Below the pieces are notes generated by a model, which was given only the letters and a program-made list of their open reading frames with translations, made no database searches and had not been told where the DNA came from. Made by a program: the position numbers and the translations under genes. 39,889 nt of DNA from Macrostomum lignano (lineage: Eukaryota). Where the stretch lies: the NCBI GenBank assembly GCA_002269645.1, contig NIVC01003493.1, positions 1-39,889 on the forward strand. Direction: 5' to 3'. Shown in pieces: positions 8,671 through 17,901 of the stretch (within the stretch, counting starts at the first letter, position 1; every line of letters begins with the position of its first letter).

Positions 8671-8831
8671 GAATGGAAGGGCAGTATTAAGGCCCGTCGC
8701 CTGTATTTACAAAACAGTATTATCGCCCGGAATCAAAGCATGATGGGGCAATATTATGGCCAGTATTGACAAAGCAATATATACAACAGTGCATGATCAG
8801 TACTATGGTTCAAAACTATATTAAAAAAAAG

Positions 8832-9377
8832 TTAATTGACGAAATGACCAGTTGTCGCTTCATGCATTGCGCGTCGCTTCATTGGTGGCTGGTGGAATGA
8901 AGGCTGTTGGTTCTTCTCAGCTGTTGGTGGCTCTTCCAGAGTTTCGAATGTAAATCTCTTTCTAAATTCAGCCTGAACTGCTTGGAAGGCCCCCCAGTGG
9001 TCGTCCCAATCTGCCGACTGCCTGTCAGGTACTTGCATCAGTTGGTCGAGCGTAAGCCTTGCTGCCCATGCTGAACACTTCAGATTCCGTAGGGTGGTAT
9101 CCCATGGATCGCCGATCGGTGGCTCGACCGGAGGCTCTCGCTTGTCATTTTGTCTAGGACCCATTGCTTTTGAGCCCAGACTTCGCGCCAAAGTGTAGTA
9201 GGAAGCGGTAAGGCGTGCCTTAGGTGCACCGGCGGTCCGAGTACAGTTGGAAGGCGCCAGAGTGTGATTACGCCATTTTGCACAACCACTTGCCTGTTGC
9301 CACCCAGAAGGCATTGCGCATCGATACACTTTCTTGCAAACTCTTCCAGTCGTTCCTTCAGGCTGCCCAAGTGGCAA
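8832..9377 (-). CDS. Hypothetical protein overlapping the PC4-like ORF; start uncertain
   Basis: Open frame of 181 codons ending just before the AT-rich terminator region; no recognisable motif. Confidence 0.3.
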   Translation of the reverse strand: MPLGQPEGTTGRVCKKVYRCAMPSGWQQASGCAKWRNHTLAPSNCTRTAGAPKARLTASYYTLARSLGSKAMGPRQNDKREPPVEPPIGDPWDTTLRNLKCSAWAARLTLDQLMQVPDRQSADWDDHWGAFQAVQAEFRKRFTFETLEEPPTAEKNQQPSFHQPPMKRRAMHEATTGHFVN

Positions 9378-9517
9378 AACTGGTGGACGGTGAGCTCCAT
9401 GCCAGGCAGACCTGGTCGATACTCTTCATCAAATTTGTACCACTTTCTGATGCTGATGCACTTCGAGTGCGACCTGACGCCGATTCGAAATCTGTTCGAT
9501 AATGTCTTGAAGTTCAT
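9080..9517 (-). CDS. PC4/Sub1 (transcriptional coactivator p15)-like ssDNA-binding protein, 145 aa, possibly two tandem PC4-like repeats
   Basis: CISIRKWYKFDEEYRPGLPGMELTVHQFCHLGSLKERLEE aligns to PC4 [39 protein letters not shown] (IxIRxW/Y...PGxxGxxLxxxQ(W/F)xxL). TATATAA lies on the minus strand at 9563-9557, 40 nt upstream of ATG 9517. Confidence 0.7.
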   Translation of the reverse strand: MNFKTLSNRFRIGVRSHSKCISIRKWYKFDEEYRPGLPGMELTVHQFCHLGSLKERLEEFARKCIDAQCLLGGNRQVVVQNGVITLWRLPTVLGPPVHLRHALPLPTTLWREVWAQKQWVLDKMTSESLRSSHRSAIHGIPPYGI

Positions 9518-9584
9518 TTTGTTCACTGTGAGCTTTCCTTCCGGCTGTGTGCGAGATTATATACGACGAGAGTTGGTAAGTAAC

Positions 9585-9808
9585 ACCAGCTCCCGCTCCA
9601 TAGCAATAACCAATCCGAACCCCGAATCCAACCCCACACAACAGCCCTCTCGCAGGAACTCTCGGCAAATCAGGAGCCCTTCCGGGGACCACTCAGCCAT
9701 TTAGAAACCAGCTCCTGTTCCATAGCAATAACTAATCCGAACCCCAAATCCAACCCCCACACAGCAGCCCTTTCGCAGGAACTCGGGCCTTAACAAAGTC
9801 TCAGCCAT
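9585..9808. repeat. Imperfect tandem duplication (~120 bp period)
   Basis: ACCAGCTCC..TCCATAGCAATAAC.AATCCGAACCCC.AATCCAACCCC...CAGCCCT.TCGCAGGAACTC...CTCAGCCAT occurs at 9585-9700 and 9707-9808. Confidence 0.85.
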
Positions 9809-10079
9809 CAACGTAACAGGAGGTGGCGGGACCTTCTTGCGGCCCTCTGGCCGCCAAGAAGTAGCGTTCTAGGTCTAACGACCTCACGCTGTACCCGCCA
9901 CAGCAAGATACAGTACAACCAAAGCATGGAATGAGGGTTTTGCCTTGGCTAGCTTTAAAGGCGGTAAGTGAGACAGGTAATAAGACTTGGGTTTAGGAAT
10001 TAGGAGGGGGGAATTGGTTTTGGTTAGGGTACAGGATAGAAGGACCTTGCTACATGGGATGGGGCAAGGCGTAGGATAG

Positions 10080-10390
10080 GAGGGGGCCTTGGTATGGGAT
10101 GCATGGGGTGCAGGACAGGAGGGGGTCTTGGTATGGGATGCACGGGGTGCAGGACAGGAGGGGTGTAGGACAGGAGGGGGTCTTGGTATGGGATGCATGG
10201 GGTGCAGGACAGGAGGGGGTCTTGGTATGGGATGCACGGGGTGCAGGACAGGAGGGGGTCTTGGTATGGGATGCACGGGGTGCAGGACAGGAGGGGGTCT
10301 TGGTATGGGATGCACGGGGTGCAGGACAGGAGGGGGTCTTGGTATGGGATGCACGGGGTGCAGGACAGGAGGGGTGTAGGACAGGAGGGG
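10080..10390. repeat. 39-bp G-rich tandem repeat in the Polinton subterminal/TIR region
   Basis: Unit GGAGGGGGTCTTGGTATGGGATGCACGGGGTGCAGGACA, about 7 copies. Confidence 0.9.
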
Positions 10391-10399
10391 GCCTGGTTT

Positions 10400-10597
10400 G
10401 GGGTCGGGGGTGGGTGCGTGGGTTTGGGGTCGGGATTGGGTGCGTGGCGGTGGTGGGTTTGGGGTCGGGGTGGGTTTGGGGGTCGGGGTGGGTTTGGCGT
10501 CGGGGTGGGCGTCTTCGGGGCGCCCTCTCCCCTCATTGGCCGGGTGCCCCGGCCAATCCCGTGCGATGGCGGTAGAGGGTACCACTTTCCTACTACT
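10400..10597. repeat. Outer part of right terminal inverted repeat with hairpin and (ACT)n terminus
   Basis: G-tract-rich stretch, perfect stem ATTGGCCGGG-TGC-CCCGGCCAAT (10535-10557) and terminal TACTACT. The next 6 bp (CACCGG) would be the target-site duplication. Confidence 0.65.
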
Positions 10598-10957
10598 CAC
10601 CGGGGTGCAGTGATCCAGACCAAGCGCGCCTTTCGTTCGGGCTTTGTCAAAGGCATTTTTCACCCAATTTTTTATTTATCAGAGGCAGGGGGGTTGTGTG
10701 CACCCTGGCGCACTTTAAGCGACATAGGCACACAACCGGCGAGAGGCATTACTGCCCATTCCGCCGACTCCCCTGAGCAGGCACACAAGCGCGCGGATAC
10801 GTACGCAGGCACACACTCACACAGGAGTGTACAGCGGCCCTAACTTTATATTATCGTTAGGCATGTACACTTTACTGCGCCTTGGGGGGTTGGCTCTCAA
10901 GGCCGTTAATTGCACGAGCAGAGCCAAGCCGAGATTCCAATTCAGCCCCAAATTAAT

Positions 10958-11030
10958 GTGACTGCACTTGGAATCGAGCCTGGGTCGCTGGCACACCAGA
11001 GTAGCTGCGCTACCGCTGGGCTACGGCCCC
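10958..11030 (-). mobile_element. Degenerate tRNA-derived sequence (SINE head or tRNA pseudogene)
   Basis: Minus strand reads GGGGCCGTAGCCCAGCGGTAG (A-box-like)...GGCTCGATTCC (B-box-like) at tRNA spacing. The stems do not close. Confidence 0.5.
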
Positions 11031-12265
11031 CTATTTTTTCACCCAAAGAATTCAATAAGACTTTACTCTTGCGGTTAAGGCGATACACATCGTACACATC
11101 GACACATGTTGATTGAAATGCCATTGTTTTAGCCGAATTTTTTGCGCAGACTTTACCTGAAAACGACCGCTTGATACGAGCGTAGCAACTTTCCTAATGC
11201 CCATGTGTCTATCTAACCTTGTCTAAGTAGAATATGTGAGCCAGAATAGCAATCCGGAGCAAGATTTTGGTACAGTATCCTTAGCTTACTTTGTTTTAAT
11301 TAGATCATGGAATTCAGAAGTGCTGTGAGGGTTGCACCTTGCAAGAAGGCTGATGAACTTCTCGAAACTGATCAGGAAAAAACGACTGCTACAGCCTAGT
11401 CTCGCTAGTTCCCTTATGCTTACGTACAGTTCTTACATGTATAGTATGTCTCATTTCTAGTCTGATTGCATCCTAAAATTAGGAAGATCAACTGCCTTCA
11501 ACAGAAAAATATGCTCCTAAGGACTACTCCCACCTACCCAAGAACGGACAAAAAGACCCAAAGCCTGCAAAAGGACCCGGCCTAGCAACAAATTGAAGAA
11601 TAATTTACACCCAATTCATTCGTATCAATGGCTCATCATAAAAACTGGTAAACCGATTTCGTCTACCGGCATTTCGTCAACCGACATTTCGACCACCGAC
11701 ATTTATTTTAAGCCAAAATTCGATCTTTGTCGGGCATGTTAGCCGCTAACATTAACGTCACGTTACTTTTGCTAGAAAAATTGAAGCAGTTTTAAAATTG
11801 AAATAAACAGAGAAACGGACATCAGTCCCAGACTTAAGGCCGTCATCGTAAGATGGCGCCTTCCATAGAAATGCTAAAAGTTGTTACAGGTGCTACAAAA
11901 GTTACGAAAAGTTTTCTGAGGAGTGTACACGTTTTAAACAAATTTGACATCAGATAACGACTTCTCTCACTGATGCAGATGCAGCTATAATCAATTTGCC
12001 GAGTTGCCGCTGTAATGTCTCTGGTTGACCTACTGCCGGTTGACCGAATGTCCTGGAACGCGAAAACTCTATGTGCAGTAAAGAGGCTCTTATTTTTTAA
12101 TTTATTGAAAGCCTTTTTAATATTTTTTTATGAAGGCATACAACTAAATACAATATAATTTAACTATATTAATAACACTTTGTTTATACTGATAGTTTCT
12201 TACAATCACGATTTTAAACAACTACTAAATGTGATTTTTTACATAGAATAGAACCCCTTGCCGAT

Positions 12266-12526
12266 GGGCCTTTTCATATTGCTTGCTCTGGTTCCAGAAC
12301 CAGAACCAATTTGTGAAGTATAACTTTTTGTCTCCATAACTAGAGGGAGATACGTGCTATAAAGTTTTATTATTGAATGACAATCGCCAAGAAGAAAGTG
12401 AAAAATTGTGCTAAGTTAGGTTGTTAAGGCAGTCAAATATATTAACAGAGTTTAATAGTTTTATTGCTGTTTTTCTTGGAATTCCGAACCGATTCTGGTT
12501 CTGGAATTGGTAATATGAAAAGGCCC
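12266..12526. mobile_element. MITE-like element with terminal inverted repeats
   Basis: Perfect 15-bp IR GGGCCTTTTCATATT / AATATGAAAAGGCCC plus inner IR TTCCAGAACCAGAA / TTCTGGTTCTGGAA. No clear TSD. Confidence 0.55.
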
Positions 12527-13182
12527 CTTGTTGTTAAAATTGCTGGCTTCACTTGCTGCAACCGACATGATTGGCATGACTACTCTATAGTCATAGGCCT
12601 GCTCATACTCATAGATAAAACTGTGATTAGTGATATTGTAATATCACCTATGTTATTAGGCCTATGGATAATTAATTTCTATAATCAGTTGCAAGACTTG
12701 CAAGTTGCAGCATTTATAATTATATTAATATATTATCAATATGTGGTCCGACTTAAATTTAAATGGATATTATTTTCTGCTATACAGTTTAGCCTAGCCT
12801 AGGTCTACACTTTGGTATAGGGGTGGTGGGGCCTAATATTTAAATATTGTATAAATTTCTTGATTATTTACCAGGGAGCATAGGCCCCTAACTAAATCTA
12901 AAATCAGTGAATTGAAATTATTGAAGCAAATTGCTTTTGATTTGAAGCAAAAAGGCAAAAATGTCTAATGCCAATGTGATCACTGATCAGCACAAGCACC
13001 TTGAAATTCATATTCCTATTTCTGTCTATTGCTATAGAAAAAAGTCTAAATTTTTAAAAACAAATAAATGCCAAATTATATAATAATAACAAAATATACT
13101 ATAGTCATTAAATTTTGATATTATGTATAATAACAAAAATAATAGCAATGGCTTATGGCTAGAGTTCTGGCACCAAAACCCA

Positions 13183-13434
13183 TTTCTAAAGGCTATGGAT
13201 CTAGCAATGAATGATATTCTAGCAGTGCAGTTTATAGGTATAATATAGCAGAAAAAAATTACTTTTTAATGGGTAATTAATAATAATATTAAGATTTTGT
13301 TTAAGATAAGATCAAAATGAAATGATAAGATTCAAAACAAGATACTTCTAATGATAATGTTCAAAGACTTTATTAATAGGTCTAGATAATTGCCTATAAA
13401 AGACTGTTCCTATTAGATCTATAGCCATTAGAAA
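13183..13434. repeat. Inverted repeat pair (19/21), possible decayed MITE
   Basis: TTTCTAAAGGCTATGGATCTA versus the reverse complement of TAGATCTATAGCCATTAGAAA. Confidence 0.4.
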
Positions 13435-15668
13435 ATAGTCATTATGCAAAATGAGCAAAGATGATCAATGTACAATATAATAAGCCTATGAAAACAAATA
13501 CTTATTTAAAACAATTGGAACAAGGCCAATACAAATCAAACATATATTTCATAATTTCTAAATTGGCATTATTAAAAAATGTTTTGTTTTCAAAGAATGT
13601 TTTTTTATAATTATTATATAAAAATTTAAAATTAACAAATTAAAAAAATTAAATGTTTTTTATAGATTAGAATAAAAAAACAATTTATTATAGTTTGTTT
13701 ATACATAGTATAGCATAATTAAATGAGCTAGAATTTTGTTATTTTGAATTTTAAACTATAATTTCTGAGCATATTTCAATGTAGTTTTTCCTTCTTTTAA
13801 TTTTGTTTATTATGAACTCTTTCTATAGAACTTTTTTGTTTCTCAAAATGTACTTTTTAAAATTCTAACTCTGGACTGTCTACGAGCTATGTCCACATTT
13901 ATCTTAACAAAAATAGCAATAAAATAATAGATAGAAATAGGAAAAAGTTAATTATATCTAGAAAAATACTATTCTTTATAGCAAAATGTTATGTTACTTC
14001 ACTGTTTGCTATTGTTTCCATTATATACAAAAGCAGATGAAGGAAGCTGTACCCTATATAGAAAATCTTTTTTCCAACAGCTTTGCTATATACAAATATA
14101 TATCAAATATACCAGGTTGTGGATGGTATGCATGTATGCCAGAACTTTTCCGGCATACAAAACAGCTACCCTAAGTCCTTGGCATACATAATTGGCATAC
14201 ACAACCCCTGGCAAACTTTGTTGGCATACACTATTGGTGTATACAAGTAACACAGCCACGCATACTTTTTTGGCATACAAATTTTGGTGAATAAATTCAT
14301 GCCGTGCATGAAAATTGTAGTGTAGTGTAAATTAACATTTTTATGTAAAGTAAAGGAAAATTTTTATTGTCAGTGATAAACTTTTTGCTTCATTGAAATT
14401 CACAATAAATAAAATTAAAATAAAGTTTTGCTATGAGTATCAATTATTGCGTCATATTTTTGTAGGTATTACTTAAGTTTGTTTAAACTGAAAATATTTG
14501 TAATGTTTTAAAAACACTTCATACAAAAGCCTTTCTTAAAAAACTATTTGTAAAAACCAAATTACCTGTTTAGGAATTTTTGGCATACATTTTAGCGCAA
14601 CATTTTGTTTTTGGTATACACTGGCATACAAAGTCCCCGATGCCCGAATTTGATCTGGCATATATGGATACATGATCCGCACACTGGCAAATATACAAGC
14701 AAAATTTGAAAAGTTTTTTATTATAGTTGAATGTTAGAGCCAACATTATTTGTAGAGCCAATGCATTTCAACTAAAGTATTTATTGTTAGGACAATATAT
14801 TAAATGAACAAACAAAATGTTTTTTATTTTAACAATCCATAGAGGTATATATAAATAGTCCAATAGGTGAGAGACAGTTGATGTGCATTTTTAGCATGAG
14901 ATAGAAGGTTGTGTAGTCGGATAAAGCAGTTAAAGAGTACATATACAAATGTACACCTCCACACCTCAGAACACATTCAGTTGTTGGCTTGCACCATTCC
15001 CTGCTAATTGAGTATTAAAGTTTGTTTTGATGGCCTTAATGTACATAGCTTCCTAAATGGTCAGCTTAGATTATTTTTTGCAGGTGTCAATTATTTTAAA
15101 CAGGTCTAAGGGTTTTTTCTTGAACACCACCAATTGGATTCCCAAAAAGGCAAAAAAATCATAGGAACTCTTTTCTCATCATGATCCATCTCCCTTTTGT
15201 CTTGATCTGTAGTGAACTTGTCATTCATGAATTTCATGAGTTTCTAGGATAGCCATAGGGACAGAAAATTCTCACGAAGAAACCAAAAAACTGCCAAGAA
15301 TAGAGGATAGAGATGTTGTGTAGTTTATTAAATTTTAAATTCAAATTTGACGCGAGATCTGACGTCATCTTCACTATAATGATAATAATAATAATTGGTT
15401 ACACCTGCCCTATTGGGCAGATGTGAAACCGACAGCTCAGCCACAGCTATTGCACGGCGCATCTGAAGGCTGCGTACGGCTGTTCAGTCCCAAGGACTGG
15501 GGGGTCGCCACGCACAAAATTAACTTTCACTATAAGTCATAGTTATTCATGCCACTAACCTTATTAATGCAACTTTTACACTATAAAATTAAATACCATC
15601 ATCAACTTACTAGTCTGCAACTACTTGCATGCAGTAGTATCTTTTTACACTTTCACTCGAGATTTGAA

Positions 15669-17197
15669 ATGGCCAACTCCGCTGTAAAATCTGTATTCGC
15701 TCCTGGCTTGTTTAAATCGCGCGTTGCCATAGTAACCGGCGGCGGCACCGGAATCGGGCAGGCTATCAGCCGCGAGCTGGCCCACCTCGGCTGCAGTGTT
15801 GTCATTGCATCGCGCAAAGCAGACCGTCTGGCCGCTGCGGCTGAGAAACTCGCAGTGGACTGTCGCGAAGGCGCCCGAGTTCACCACACCGTGTGCAATA
15901 TTCGACAAGAGGCCGACGTTCAGAGACTCGTGTCCGAAACATTGGACAAATTTGGCCGATTAGATTTTCTGGTTAATAATGGCGGCGGACAGTTTGTGTG
16001 TCCGGCCTCGGACATGAAGCTTAAGGTGAGGCTCTCGTCACGGCTCCTGCTGCGTTTCTCCCTTTTCCGCTCCCCCTCCATGTTCCGCTCCCCCTCACTG
16101 TTCCGCTCCCCCTCCATGTTCCGCTCCCCCTCCCTGTCTCCGTTCCCCCTCCCTGTTCCGCTCCCCCTCCCTTTTCCGCTCCCCCTCCATGTTCCGCTCC
16201 CCCTCACTGTTCCGCTCCCCTCCATGTTCCGCTCCCCCTCCATGTTCCGCTCCCCCTCCCTGCTCCGCTCCCCTCCCTGTTCCGCTCCCCCTCCCTGCTC
16301 CGCTCCCCCTCCATGTTCCGCTCCCCCTCCCTGCTCCGCTCCCCCTCCATGTTCCGCTCCCCCTCTCTGCTCCGCTCCCCTCCATGTTCCGCTCCCCCTC
16401 CCTGCTCCGCTCCCCCTCCCTGTTCCGCTCCCCCTCCCTGCTCCGCTCCCCCTCCATGTTCCGCTCCCCCATCTCCCTGTTCCACTGCCCCCCCTCCCTG
16501 TTCCGCTCTCCTTTCTCCCCTTTTCCGCTCCCCATTCTCCCCTCTTCCGCCCCCTTCTCCCCTTTCCGCTCTTCCTTTCTCCCCTTTTCCACTCCCCCTT
16601 CTCCCCTTTCCGCTCCATCTCCTCTTTCATTAAGCAGTGAAATTCCATATTTCCTCGCGTTGCCATAAACACCAACAGGGCTGGAACGCGGTGATCGAGA
16701 CCAATCTGACTGGCACATTCCTGTGCATCCGAGAGGCCCACCGTCAGTGGATGAAGCGGAACGGTGGCAGCATTGTTAACATAGTGATGGACGCCTACAA
16801 AGGCTGGCCCATGTTCGCTCACTCGGCCGCGGCCCGATCTGCCGTTGAAAACCTATCGAAAACGCTTGCGGTAGAGTGGGCCAGCGATCGGATTAGGATT
16901 AACTGCGTGGCGCCAGGGATTATCTATTCGGAGACTGCGGTGGCTAACTATGGCGAACAGGGTAGAGAGGTGTTTCTCCGATCGAAAGCTCGGGTGCCTG
17001 CTCGAAGATTTGGTCACGTTGAGGAGATCTCGGCTGCTGTAGCGTTCCTGTGCTCGCCTGCGGCTGGTTACGTCACCGGACAGACCCTGTACGTTGATGG
17101 AGCGGTCAGTCTCTACCGAACCCAGTTCTTCGACGTGCCCGAGTTCGAACCCGCCGAAGGCTGGTACTGGGAAGAGTCTAGCAAAGCGAAATTATGA
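15669..17197 (+). CDS. PECR: Peroxisomal trans-2-enoyl-CoA reductase (SDR); join(15669..16025,16679..17197), 291 aa
   Basis: VTGGGTGIG, LVNNGGGQF, WNAVIETNLTGTF, HSAAARSAVENLSKTLAVEWA, RINCVAPG and C-terminal PTS1 -AKL. Canonical phase-0 GT-AG intron. Confidence 0.93.
16060..16620. repeat. Intronic ~18-bp minisatellite (CCGCTCCCCCTCCATGTT)
   Basis: Read directly; fills the PECR intron. Confidence 0.9.
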
Positions 17198-17215
17198 GAG
17201 AATTGTTGAAAATGA

Positions 17216-17450
17216 TTACTTCCATATAAGGAAATCCACTCATATAAGGAAATCCTCCCATGTAAGGAAATCCTCCCATGTAAGGAAATCCTCCCATATA
17301 AGGAAATCCTCCCATGTAAGGAAATCCTCCCATATAAGGAAATCTCCCATATAAGGAAATCCTCCCATCTAAGGAAATCCTCCCATCTAAGGAAATCTCC
17401 CATGTAAGGAAATCCTCCCATATAAGGAAATCCTTCCATATTAATTGAAA
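17216..17450. repeat. ~18-19-bp tandem repeat (CCATATAAGGAAATCCTC) just 3' of PECR
   Basis: About 12 copies read directly. Confidence 0.9.
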
Positions 17451-17901
17451 TGACATTTCTTTTCGATACTTATATTTTCTAGAATTCTGAAAATGGCCTT
17501 ATCATACTACTATCAAACTTTGAGTAGCCAAACTATGAGTGCTTTTTCACGAAAATAATCGTGTGATTTTATAAATTTAATGGATCTTTAATAATAATTA
17601 GCATGACTTGTTGATCTTCTTCCACTGATTCTTGCGTTATATTGTTTCGTTTCTCTAATTTTTATCATCTTAAAATCCTTTGTAACTTTTAACAGTTTAG
17701 GCGCCTAAATGTGCATGCACTGTATAGATTTGGGTTGGGCAAAGTAGAACTCAGTTGGTTGTCGCCCGTGAGGGCTACTGTACACCCTGAGTGAGCGGGT
17801 GCTTGATCGGAGGTGAGCGGAATGGGCATAAACTAAATATCCGATATGTATCGAAAAGATGTGTTTTTTAACTTTCAGCTATATTTGAAATTATCATAAT
17901 A

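Larger units (their letters stand above)
1..10597. mobile_element. Polinton/Maverick (adintovirus-like) endogenous element, left end not in window, non-autonomous as sequenced
   Basis: Co-located integrase, minor and major capsid, adenain-like protease, packaging ATPase and pPolB remnant, which is the diagnostic Polinton gene set. Ends in ...CCTACTACT at 10589-10597, the reverse complement of the 5'-AGTAGT Polinton terminus, after a G-rich subterminal region. Left boundary is arbitrary (window edge). Confidence 0.93.

Noticed and set aside
9884-10843. Long Pro-rich/Gly-rich ORFs on both strands
   Set aside because: They are translations of the 39-bp tandem repeat and G-rich TIR; no protein-like complexity.
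11350-11400. Hammerhead ribozyme core (CTGATGA...GAAAC)
   Set aside because: Only 7 nt between the cores with no stem II pairing, and no complementary stem I/III or NUH site found.
11650-12060. MITE defined by CATTTCGTCAACC-like motifs and an inverted copy near 12036-12058
   Set aside because: Similarity is short and degenerate; no definable termini or TSD.
15549-16640. 363-aa SDR ORF with Pro-rich tail
   Set aside because: Read-through of PECR exon 1 into the repeat-filled intron; the true start is ATG 15669 and the GT donor is at 16026.
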